Assembly: GCA_963693365.1 (NCBI GenBank)
Contig: CAVNZM010000017.1
Location: 124,001-188,000, forward strand
Direction of reading: 5' to 3'
Length of the DNA: 64,000 nt
Origin: Amoebidium appalachense
Taxonomy: Eukaryota; Protista; Ichthyosporea
Program-made: the position numbers and the translations under genes
The notes under the pieces: model-generated
Seen by the model: the letters and a program-made list of their open reading frames with translations, nothing else
The model's database searches: none
What the model was told of the DNA's origin: nothing
Shown: positions 33,689-44,291 of the stretch, one piece after another
Layout of the letters: each line of letters opens with the position of its first letter
How positions within the stretch are numbered: position 1 is the stretch's first letter

Positions 33689-34367
33689 TGGGTATGACGG
33701 GGGCAAACCACTCTCCATTGATAAACTTTTTGTACTTGCATGCTGCTCCCCAAATATCCATGGTGTCGGTGTAGGTGTCGATGACGTGTTGGTGTAGCAT
33801 CAAATCTAACTTCCCGGCCCGTTCGAGTATGTTGACCACCCCCTGCATGAAATCGAAGCACTTGCGGGTGAAAGTGAACGTGTCGTCACGGTCTTTAAAG
33901 ATCGACTCGGCCTCGCCATAACCATCATCCATACCGGTGTCATACACAGGCACAGCGATGCCGACCGACCACACCCCGTCCTTGCAGTCCCACTTAAACA
34001 CGTCCGTATGAAAAACCTCGTTTAGAACCCCCGGTAGGGCCTCCTTCTGCGAGAATGACCATGACACAACGCCAATCTGTATGGCACTAATCAGACGCTC
34101 ACGTTCCAGAATCTCGTCCTTCTCTGCAACGTTTGCCTCGATAAGTGTCTCCTCAGCCTCTGCCCAGTTATGATAGCACTCCACCAGGTTGGGACAACGT
34201 GGGCGCTGGGCCCAATCACCCTTTGTGATGTACTGAATGTACTCGTATGCTGCGTTGAAAACAGCCACGTACTCAACACAAAAGAGGTTCAAAAATTGGT
34301 CAAACTTGGTTGGGCTTTTTGCCTTTCTCATGAAACGAGAAGTGGGTTGTCTACGACGAGGAGGCAT
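33681..34367 (-). CDS. Hypothetical viral protein, C-terminus cut by the Copia B LTR
   Basis: 228-aa ATG ORF whose last codons and stop come from the LTR start (TGTTGTAA). Confidence 0.65.
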   Translation of the reverse strand: MPPRRRQPTSRFMRKAKSPTKFDQFLNLFCVEYVAVFNAAYEYIQYITKGDWAQRPRCPNLVECYHNWAEAEETLIEANVAEKDEILERERLISAIQIGVVSWSFSQKEALPGVLNEVFHTDVFKWDCKDGVWSVGIAVPVYDTGMDDGYGEAESIFKDRDDTFTFTRKCFDFMQGVVNILERAGKLDLMLHQHVIDTYTDTMDIWGAACKYKKFINGEWFAPVIPML

Positions 34368-34389
34368 GATTGCTTTCTGACCCTAAGTC

Positions 34390-34390
<1 letters not shown>

Positions 34391-34454
<64 letters not shown>

Positions 34455-34556
34455 TTTGTCTAAGTAACAAAAAACTTTAAAAGACTTTTTTCTACGAAAA
34501 GAGATGATTGAAAAGGATTTTCAAGTTTTTTCACAAAACTAACGAAAGGAAACGAG

Positions 34557-34597
<41 letters not shown>

Positions 34598-34680
34598 TTT
34601 GTCTACTACGGTAACAAAAACTTTAAAAGACTTTTTTCTACGAAAAGAGATGATTGAAAAGGATTTTCAAGTTTTTTTTG
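34391..34680. repeat. Two direct copies of (GT)n plus an ~80-bp AT-rich unit inside the virus
   Basis: GAAAGATTTGTCTA...AAAACTTTAAAAGACTTTTTTCTACGAAAAGAGATGATTGAAAAGGATTTTCAAG occurs twice, each time after a (GT)n run. Confidence 0.85.
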
Positions 34681-34920
34681 AGAAAGACAGGGAAAGAGAA
34701 GAAAAAACGACATGCTGGGCATTCCTGGAGATAAATTCGCAAAATTTCATCGGCTCATACTTGCGCAAGTCTTTGACACTCCCTCTCATTGCGCCACAAG
34801 TCAAGTCGGTCACGTAGCTCACAGTGTTCGTTTTTCCCCAAAAACACAAGTTTTTTTGACCGTTTATTTCGTGGCAATCACCCGCAGACAAATATGTTCT
34901 CAATATACAGTCGTGTGTCA

Positions 34921-35835
34921 TTACATTCTGAGCATTTTGGCATCGTCATTACCGGGCATGGGCGTGCCTGCACGCTTAGCCTGCCCCAAGTCTACCTCAC
35001 CCCCCTCCCCCTCGCCCCCCTCACCACCAACCAACTCCATCAGGCCATCTAAGTCAAACACCTGAACCTTGCGGGCAACGAGCTTGGTACGCACAGTGTT
35101 GTTCTTCTTGTTGTAGATGACGCTGGTGGCAGCTGCAGACACCCAGGCAGTCACCTCACGGCACTTGGCACGTTGGGAGTTCATAAACTCCACAAACTCG
35201 TCGATGGAGGCAGCGTTGTTGCCCAGCTTGAAGAGGCAGGGGTTGCGGCCAAGGGGGTTGGGGAGCTCCAACGTCACGTTGAAGTAGGTGCCACCCAGTG
35301 CCTCCACCATGTCCTCCTTGCCGACGGGGTCGGCACCCAGCACATCGTACAGGCTGGGGGTGTGCCTGGACCACAGGTTGCTGCTGGTCTTGACAGGCAC
35401 GGTGTCCACGTCCACCCCCTTGAGCATCTCGTGGTCCTTGTGCATCCACAACACGTCCCTGGCCATGCTGCACACGTAGGGCCACAGGTCAACGGCGTAG
35501 GCCACCTCAAAGGGCTCAGGGCGGCGTTGCGACTTGACCCTAATGGTGGGCTTGGCATCCCAGGCAACCGTGCTGGGGACCAACTCGATGAGCATCTGCC
35601 CGTTGATGTTGATGTTGGGCAGGTTGTACAGCTGCACGGCCAACACGTCGTTCATCACCCAGGGTGCGCCCATGGTGGCCTTGCCCACACCGTTGAGGAA
35701 CACCTCCTTGTACTGCACCATCTTGGGCCCCTCACTGTTGTTGGTGTTTTCTTTGCCACTGCTTGCCGCGGCGATGCTGGTCCTTTTGACGGTGGACAGA
35801 CCAGTCGTTTGACGCAGCAGGGTTGGCTTGACCAT
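34921..35835 (-). CDS. Hypothetical viral protein (304 aa), possibly an OB-fold ssDNA-binding protein
   Basis: Strong GC3 codon bias, beta-rich C-terminal strands and an acidic/Gly tail. It reads inward from the right TIR. Confidence 0.6.
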   Translation of the reverse strand: MVKPTLLRQTTGLSTVKRTSIAAASSGKENTNNSEGPKMVQYKEVFLNGVGKATMGAPWVMNDVLAVQLYNLPNININGQMLIELVPSTVAWDAKPTIRVKSQRRPEPFEVAYAVDLWPYVCSMARDVLWMHKDHEMLKGVDVDTVPVKTSSNLWSRHTPSLYDVLGADPVGKEDMVEALGGTYFNVTLELPNPLGRNPCLFKLGNNAASIDEFVEFMNSQRAKCREVTAWVSAAATSVIYNKKNNTVRTKLVARKVQVFDLDGLMELVGGEGGEGEGGEVDLGQAKRAGTPMPGNDDAKMLRM

Positions 35836-36053
35836 TTTGCTGTTGTTTGGGGGGTGTGGTGAACGTGACTGTGGTGTGCACCTCAACTGTGTACGTATGG
35901 CTCATGTTTGCTTGGTGTGATGTTGCCTGTGTGCGGATGCTTATGTACACAGCGGCGACATGCTGGGTGCGCTTGTGGCCAATGAGGACCGAAATCCTTA
36001 ATCTCTGTGTCCTTATTGGCCGCCTAAACCAAAATGTGCCAACCTGAACTCCG

Positions 36054-36512
36054 ATTGGCCGCCTTGTGCGGCAACTGGCTTTTGGAACTGAATTATCATT
36101 GGCCGCCTTGTGCATCCGCATTACTATTGGCCGCCTTGTACAAGGAATTCGGAATTCGAATTCTCATTGGCCGCCTTGTGCACACCGTCGCATTCCTTTG
36201 ATCTCAGAACCGTGTACGTGTCGCATGTGCGCGTGCGTGCACGCGCACACATGACACGTTTTCCCTTTAATATTTTAATTAAATCCACGTGCTCTGCACG
36301 TGTTTATGCACACACACACAGTGTGTGCACGTGCTCCTGTACATATCCATACCCATATCCATATCCTAATCACAATATACACCCATATCATACTGCATAT
36401 CGCCATATCCCATATGCATATCTGCCATATCCTAAGGGGTGCGCCACCCTGCGTTAGTGACGTCACACTTTGTGACGTCACTAACGTGGGGTGCCGCGCC
36501 CCTTAATGTAGT
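36054..36512 (-). repeat. Right terminal inverted repeat
   Basis: Reverse complement of 5400-5859, ending ...CCCCTTAATGTAGT. Confidence 0.95.
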
Positions 36513-36517
36513 CGAGG

Positions 36518-39500
36518 CTTCCAACTTCCTTGAACAGATGTTTACTCAACTCGTCTCCAATGATGAGCTGTATAACTCTGGTCAAATCCACGATGATGTG
36601 TCACCTGCCCAAGCTTTCCACAACCTCCGTATGACCTATGCGGCTGAACGTGAAGATCGTGCTCGTCAAATCCTCCTCGACTACCATGAGCTTGAACTCA
36701 AAGACTTCAAGACCGTCACGGCCTAGTACCTCACCATGGCACGCCGTCTGTGCACTACCCTGCACATCCTCGAAGAGCCCATTCCTCACAAGACTATGGT
36801 TGATAACTTCTTCATCCACCTCAAGAAGAACCGTAAGTTAGTTTGTACCGACATCCAGGCCATGATTGCCGACTACTTCCGTCGTACCATCAACTACGAG
36901 ACCTACAACCGTCTAATCAGTGACATCCGAGCTGCAGAGATCCGTGAAGGTCTCATCGACTCTGGGTCCGGGTCCTCCTCCACCGTCCGAACAGCACGTG
37001 CCCTGCAAAGCCGTGTCCTCACCAAGGACGACCTCAGACACCGGATCCCCCGACGTGACAGCTCCGTCTCCCGTCACCCCCGCGGTCGTCCCACCGATCG
37101 ATCCCCCTCAGTTGACCGTGATTACTCACGGTCCCGTTCCCCCGGCTATCGTTCCCGGTCACCCTACCCCCCACGTAAAGGGGGTAACCGTCATTCCCAG
37201 CCACCCCGAGCCAAGACCACTGGCTCCCTCGACTGTGCCTACTGTCACGAAGACCATCATGTCACACAGTGTGACAAACCTGGCTGCTCAATTGCCCGTC
37301 GTCACCGTGCCAACACCAAGTCTGGAAAAGAGGTGCATTTTGCCCTCGTGTCCACCACGGCCTCCCTACCCATGGACCCCTGCTGGGACTCGGCTTCAAA
37401 CGTCCACGTGTGCCCAGTAAAGGAGTACTTCTCTACTCTTGAGCCATGCCCCCCGACTGACGTCCACGGCCTCGGCATCGTCACTGCACATCACCGTGGT
37501 GTCATCAACCTGGCCGTCACCTACAACGGAGTAACATCAGTACTGAGCCTCAACACCCTCTATGTACCCGACTCCCCAGCCTTCCTGATTTCACCCTCAA
37601 TGGCCTCCAAGTCGGGTCTCCTTGCCCACCTCGATGATGAGGATGCATTCCCATCATACCTCTACACTCGTGGTGGCAACATCGTGTGTTCCCTCACAGG
37701 CACAGATGGACTGTACTTCATCACTGACTATGAGATACGTCCCTCCATCCCTCGGACCGTCACTGCTCTGGTAGCCAACGTCAAGGTCAACAATGATCCT
37801 CAGCTCTGGCACCACCGTCTCGGCCATCGTGCCCTGTCCACCCTCACCAAGATGGTGAGAGGTGACCTCGTGACAGGCCTCCCCTCATCCCTCTCAGTGG
37901 CTGACACCACTGACTGCTTCGGTTGTGTCTCCGGCAACTTAGACCACCAAGGCCCCATTCTCCGGCACCAGAACCCAGTGCCCCTTCCCCGGTGCCAAGT
38001 GGCACATGGACTTCTTCGAGCCTCCCTGTGCCTCCTATGGTGGCTACAAGGTGGCCCTCGTGTGTACCTGTGATGCCTCCGGCTACACCATCGTGTACCT
38101 CCTCCGTGATCGATCCGAAACTCTCGAATACGTCAAGGCCCTGGTTGAGACTACTGACAAGCAACCCGACAAGGTGGTGACCCACTTCCGTTCAGACTCT
38201 GGGTCCGAGTTCACCTCCCATGCTATGGAGCAGTACTGCCAGTCCAAGGGCATCATTCAGGAATTTGCTCCGGTTGACTGCCCCCAACTCAACGGCTTCG
38301 TTGAACGTAAGATGAGGGATCTGCAGGAGATCGTTCGGTGCTTCCTTCATCAGGACAAGGCCGACTCCCTTTCCCCCAAGCTGTGGGGAGCTGCTCTCAA
38401 GCATGCTGCCTACATCATCAACGTGACCCCGGCCAGAGCTGCCAATGGCCGTACACCGTTTGAAATTTTCTACGGTGTCAAGCCTGACATCTCCCACCTG
38501 CACGTGTTCGGCTGCCCAGCCTATGTACACGTCCCTGCATCCAAACGAGACAAGTTGGCCTCTACCGTCAAACTCGGCACCTACGTGGGCTGGGATATCA
38601 CCAACAAAGCCCACAAGATCATGAATCTACGTGGCAACACGGTCAACCTCTACCGCGATGTCGTCTTCGACGAATCACAATTCACCACGGCATCCAATCA
38701 GATTTCTGTGCAGGCCACCAATCAGACGACCTCAATCGATCCATCCCTGCATTCCGGAAATTCCAATTCCGATGACGATGAAATTCCGTCGGTGATTATC
38801 CGTCGTTCCCCCCGTCGTGTACCTGCCCCCGTGGCTCCACCCACCCCCCCCCCCCCCACCGGCCAGCAACCCCTGCTGCCGGCCCCTGCCGTCAATGACC
38901 ACGTACCTGGTCATCTCACCCCGGTTCGTCCTGGGTCTCCGGAGTTCCACTCGGCCCCGTCCAGCCCCGTGTTATCCAACTCCCCCCTCAACACGGCACC
39001 CATCCCTGGCTTCCAGGCCCCCATCCCCGACCACCGAGTGTCTGTCCCAGACACCCCCCCGGCCCCTGAGCCCCTCCGTACCGTCCCCCGTCGTTCCTCC
39101 CGTCTCTCCTCTCGGCCTGCCATGGCTATGGTGAGCATCTCCCGACCCAGCCTTGATGTGTCTCAGCTGCCCCGGTCAATTCAGAAGCTGTGCTCTGGCA
39201 CCAAGGGTGATGAAGTGGTGACTGCCCTCACTGCCGAGTACAAGGCTTTCATCGACAAGGACATCTTCGACGTAGTTGAGCCCCCCTCCGATGCCAACAT
39301 CATCCGATTCAAGTGGATTGTCACGGAGAAGGTCCTCAACTCTGCTGGTGACACCAAGATCAAGGGTCGTGGTGTGGCCAAGGGTTTCACCCAAGTCTAC
39401 GGTGTTGACTACGGTGAAAACTCTTCCCCCGTCGTCATGTCCTCCTCCGTCCGTGCCTTACTTGCCCTCGGTGTGCAACAGGACCACGAGATCCATCAAC

Positions 39501-40728
39501 TCGACATCAGCACGGCCTTCCTCAACAGCCCCCCAGACGAGACTTTGTACATGGAGCAACCTCCTGGTTTTATCCTCCCTGGCAATGAACACAAAGTCTG
39601 GAAACTCAAGAAGGCCATCTACGGACTCAAGCAGGCATCCCTGGCATGGTACGAGTTCTTCAACTCCATTCTCATTGCCCACGGCCTCACCCGTCTCCGT
39701 TCCGATCCGTGTGTCTACTTCCGTCAGTTCCCCAACGGACACATCATCCGTTCGGGAAACTACGTTGATGATGCCATCATCACCTGCACACGGAACTCCA
39801 CCATCATGCAGGGGCTTGTTCGTCACATCACGAAGTCTGCCGAGTGCAAGGTCGGTCTGCCAGACATCTTCCTCGGCACCCAACTGCTGTACACCCGTGA
39901 CTCCCTCAAGCTGCTGCAGTCCTCCTACATCAAGGACATCATCACCGACTTCAACCTGGTCGATGCCAAGCCTAAGGCCACCCCTATTCCCGTGGGCACC
40001 ATCATCAACGAGTCCTCCCTCTCATCCCTGCCCACCACCGTCCCCTACCGTGAACTCCTCGGCCGTCTGCTGTGGGTTGCTCGGTGCTCCCGGCCTGACA
40101 TCTCGTATGCCATTGGCTACCTCGGTCGATTCAGCTCCAAGCCCACCAAGACTGCCTGGGAGCTTCTCCTCCGTGTCGTTCGTTACCTGCTCGGCACCAT
40201 CAACCTCGGCCTCTACTACAAGAAGAAGGCCCCCAACAGCAAGGTGCCCATCCTTGAGTGCTACTTGGATTCTGACTTTGCTGGTTGCCCCACCACCCGT
40301 CGTTCCACGTCTGGGTACGTCATCCTCCTCGAAGGCTCCCCCGTCACCTACCACTCCAAGCTGCAGACGACTCGGATCACTGCAACTTCCACGTGTGAGG
40401 CCGAGCTCCTGGCCCTCAATGCTGCCGTGCAAGATGTTGTCTGGCACCGTGATCTACTAAAGGAGCTGGGCTACCCCATGACCGAGCCCACCCCGACGGC
40501 GTGTACTGTGACAATCAGTCCACCATTGCTCTGGTCCACTCCAACACCATCAAGCACCGGACCAAGCACATTGCCGTTCGTTACTTCAACACCAAGGACT
40601 ACATCAACAGTGGGGACGTCACTGTCACCTACATCGACACCAAGAAGAACCTGGCCGACATCTTCACCAAGCCTCTGGCTGGTCCGGCCCACGACACACA
40701 CCGTGCCAACCTCAGTCTCCGTGACTGA
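36518..40728 (+). pseudogene. Copia A gag-pol remainder (stop at 36724, frameshifts near 37940 and 40500)
   Basis: CAYCHEDHHVTQC, WDSAS, WHHRLGH, SDSGSEF..NGFVER, QLDISTAFLN, YVDD, YLDSDFA and YCDNQS..KHI..ADIFTK. Clearly homologous to Copia B. Confidence 0.93.
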
Positions 40729-41444
40729 CCCATGCACTGGTGTTCATCATCGAGTGGTTTCTGAGTAGGTTGGGGCCCTGGACAGCAGTTGACACCCCTA
40801 CAGTGATCAAGATGCCTCCCAACGAAAGTCTACTACTCCTCATCGTTTCTCTTCATCAGTGGGGACTCAGTCTTCCATCGTCATATGTGTGCATCTTCAG
40901 TGGGATTATTCTCCCCCATCCGTCGTTTATTTATATTCATATCCCACCATATATATTGGTTTTCTTCTATATTCGACTTTATATATATGTCGAACTGGGA
41001 TGGCGTCCCAGTATAAATAATTATCTATAGCCATGACGTGCTGGTTGACTGCCAGTCTAAACCTAGTCCACGGGATGCACCTTCCCCGTGTCTTAACTGG
41101 TTGACCACCAGTCTATAAATCAGTCCACAAGATGTTCATGCCTTGTGTTTACCTGGGTGGTCCCCAGTACAAACCATTAGCCACCAACACGTCACACATA
41201 CACTAGTGTTTCCTCTATATATATATATCGACGATAACCACCATGATTTATTGTTCCGAGTCTTCAGAGGCAACCGTCGTTGTGTGCCTCTTCAGTTTTG
41301 ATTCTCTCCTTCCCACCTCAAGGATCTTCGGTTTGCATCCTCGAGTGGGGAAACTTGAGTGTGACGGCCCCTCCTGTGTTTGGACCTCATCTACCGTCAC
41401 ATCAACAGACACGAGAACACAAACTTCAACCCCTTGAGTGGGGA

Positions 41445-41537
41445 TGTTGGAATACGTCACCATGTATGACAGCAAGAGCCTTGAAGTATGTATGTGTCTT
41501 AGCTTGTTTGTATTCGTGTCTGCTTTCCTTCTTTTTT

Positions 41538-41587
<50 letters not shown>

Positions 41588-42333
41588 CCCCCCCCCCCCC
41601 CCCCGTATCTCTCTCTCCCTTGTTTCTGTGGGCACAGATATCTGTAGATCTGTGCACACCTGGCTCTCTTGCCTGATAAGAACTTATTGTATTTTATTTC
41701 TGTTTGCTCTCCTCTGTTTATCTGAGAGGTAGCGTGATTGGCTAGCCTCACTCGTTGTCTTTCCTTTATTTCAAAATGGCTTAGTTTTGTTCTCAAAAGG
41801 ATGGCTCGCCAATAGTCGCGAGCGAGTACATCTGTAGATTGTGTTGTGCATTCCTGTCTGTTAATATATGTGTGTTGTGATTGGACAATAGATATATATG
41901 GAATTCGGTTTATTGCAAAGTGTCTTCACTTTGAGAGTGTCGACTATTAGGAAATATATGTATTTAAATAAGTTTCTTTATAGAGACGAACATAAATATA
42001 TATGTGAGTTAATAGTGACTAGATGTATAATTACTTAATTTATTTAAGTAAGAGTTTCTACACTTTAGTTTAATCGGAAGTTGGAATGCGTATGCTCTGT
42101 CGGAATGTGTTTTTCTATCTTCTGATAGAACCGATTGGTTCTCCCTCTTTAGTTGTGATAAGGTGATAAGTCGCAAGTACAAAAGGAACCGAGAGCACAA
42201 TAAAGAATCAGTTGTTGTTTGAATCTTTCAATGTCTCGTGAACAACTCCGATTGCCCTCTCATTAATGTGTTAGTCGTGTTTTACATGACACCTCTGTGC
42301 ACTCTGCTCCCTTAGACCCGTACAAAAACAACA
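41445..42333 (+). repeat. Copia A 3' LTR
   Basis: Direct repeat of 4194-5049, preceded by a PPT. Confidence 0.93.
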
Positions 42334-42507
42334 TTGTGTGTGTGCACATGCGTACCTGTGTGTAGTGTGCGGATGCTTGGGCTTGTAGGCGGCTATATTT
42401 GATCGTGCACCTGTGTACGTGAGTGTAGTGTGTGTGCTTGTGTATGTGTTTGCTTGTGCTTGTGTATGTGTGTGTGTGTGCGTGTGTGTGGACACTGTGT
42501 GTGTGCT

Positions 42508-42550
<43 letters not shown>

Positions 42551-42565
42551 GTGTATGTGTTTGCT

Positions 42566-42603
<38 letters not shown>

Positions 42604-43962
42604 TGTGCGCGGATTTTGCCATGCAAGGTGTACACGTACGTGTGGGCTTTGTGTGTGTGTGTGTGTTTGATGTGTGTGAGTCGTTTTGTTTGGAAACTAA
42701 ACTAAACGCATTCTAGTGTTGGGTTGGAGGGTGGTGGGTTTCACCTCTTCGAGCTAAGGACCATAATTACAGCCCACCCGCATGCACGTGGTCGTGAACT
42801 ACTGAATATTGTCAGGCTAGATGTACAGGAGATTGTCCCCCCCCCCCCCCCCCGGCGCTCCCGGACCCCCCCTGTCACTCCATCTACGTCTGATCGTATA
42901 TTTGAGTTCGCTTAATGATTTTTTTCTCTTTTTTATTTATTTTTTGATTCAAGTTTTTTCCCCCTTAATATAGCTGATCACGATAAAAATTACCGGAACC
43001 CCCAATCATTAAGTTAGACCCAGATTATAGTTATCATTTTGTTTTCTGTTTGAAATAGAACATACGGAGAAACACATTTGCATGAGAAGAAACACCTCTG
43101 CCTGTGATCTCTGTTTAAATTAAAAGAACATACGAAGAAACACCTTTGCCCCTCAGGGCTGAGTCAAGTTGCCAGCCAACCAGCCCCCCCCCCCCCCCTC
43201 CCCCCCCCCTCCCCCCCCCTCCCCCCCCCCCTCCCCCCCCCTCCCCCACCCGGACCCCCCCCCCCTCCCCTTCTCCCCTCTCTCCCGAACTCTCGAACCA
43301 TGTTCTCCTCTCTCTCCCGGGCGCTCGAACCATTTCCTCCTGCCTCGTGCCCCCCCCCCCCCCCCTCCCCCCAGCCTTCCCCTCACACCATCTTCCCCTA
43401 TTAGGCTCCCTAGACACAGACAACTTAGCATCCCATCACACACACCACTCCAACTGTATACCAGCCCTTCATTCAGCAGACTGCCCCCCCCCCCCCCCCC
43501 CCCCCCGGCTTATTAATATCTCCTTCAACCCTACCTCCCCCCCCCCCCCCCCCCCCCCGCGCCTATTGATATCTCCTTCAACCCTGCTTGTGACAGAGTT
43601 GCTATTCGTCACGTATAGCAACTCTTATGTCTACGTGTACGTGTACGTGTGTCTGCCTTTCTGTGGGTAGGTGTGATGAGGGGGGGGGGGGGGGGGGTGG
43701 ACATTGTGTACGTGCATGACTTTGCGGGTTAGGTGCATACACTGGAAATGACATCGAAGGGTTCCCAACAACTTGAGAATCCCAATTTATGCTAATCGAC
43801 CAATCGACACCATTAGATCGATCTGATGTGAATCCAACCACAAAATCTAATTTCCATTCGACAATTGGGATACATTAGTAGGTCATAGGATGTCATTGTT
43901 TGCACCAAATGTCTCAACACACATATACAGGTCACTTATGGTAGCATGTTTTCTCTGTTTAG

Positions 43963-44259
43963 GTTAAAAACATGGATCGGGGAGAATCTTCAGCTCCTGG
44001 GGAGGGAGGTCCAATCCAAGGTCGATAAAATGTGGCAGAGTGGGAGAGAGCCGCCAGCCAGACTGTATGACGTCCTCTCCCCCCACATCAAGGTGATGAC
44101 CCTTGACGACCCGGAGTGGGAATTGGTCAAAAAGGTGTGTGAACTCTCCCCTAAACCAAGCCCCCCCCCCCCCCCCCCCCCCCCCAGCGTGTGTGTTACC
44201 GCCTGCCTGCCGGCCTTTCCCTTCCCCACTTCCCTCACTCCGCCGACCCTTCCCAAATG

Positions 44260-44291
<32 letters not shown>

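Larger units (their letters stand above)
5400..36512. mobile_element. Endogenous Polinton-like virus / Maverick-Polinton-type element (~31.1 kb including nested Copia B)
   Basis: TIRs, CGAGG duplicated at 5395-5399 and 36513-36517, and genes for pPolB, MCP, penton and packaging ATPase. Confidence 0.95.
4194..42333 (+). mobile_element. Ty1/Copia LTR retrotransposon A, interrupted in gag by the Polinton-like virus
   Basis: Paired TG...CA LTRs, a GGTTAAAGGCCC PBS-like site at 5050, a GAGTGGGGA PPT before 41445, and gag-PR-IN-RT-RH domain order. Flanks are TTGTA / TTGTG (4 of 5 TSD match). Confidence 0.92.

Noticed and set aside
5400-36512. Giant-virus (NCLDV) fragment, suggested by VLTF3
   Set aside because: The element is bounded by its own TIRs and TSD, the polymerase is protein-primed, and no RNA polymerase or other NCLDV core genes are present.
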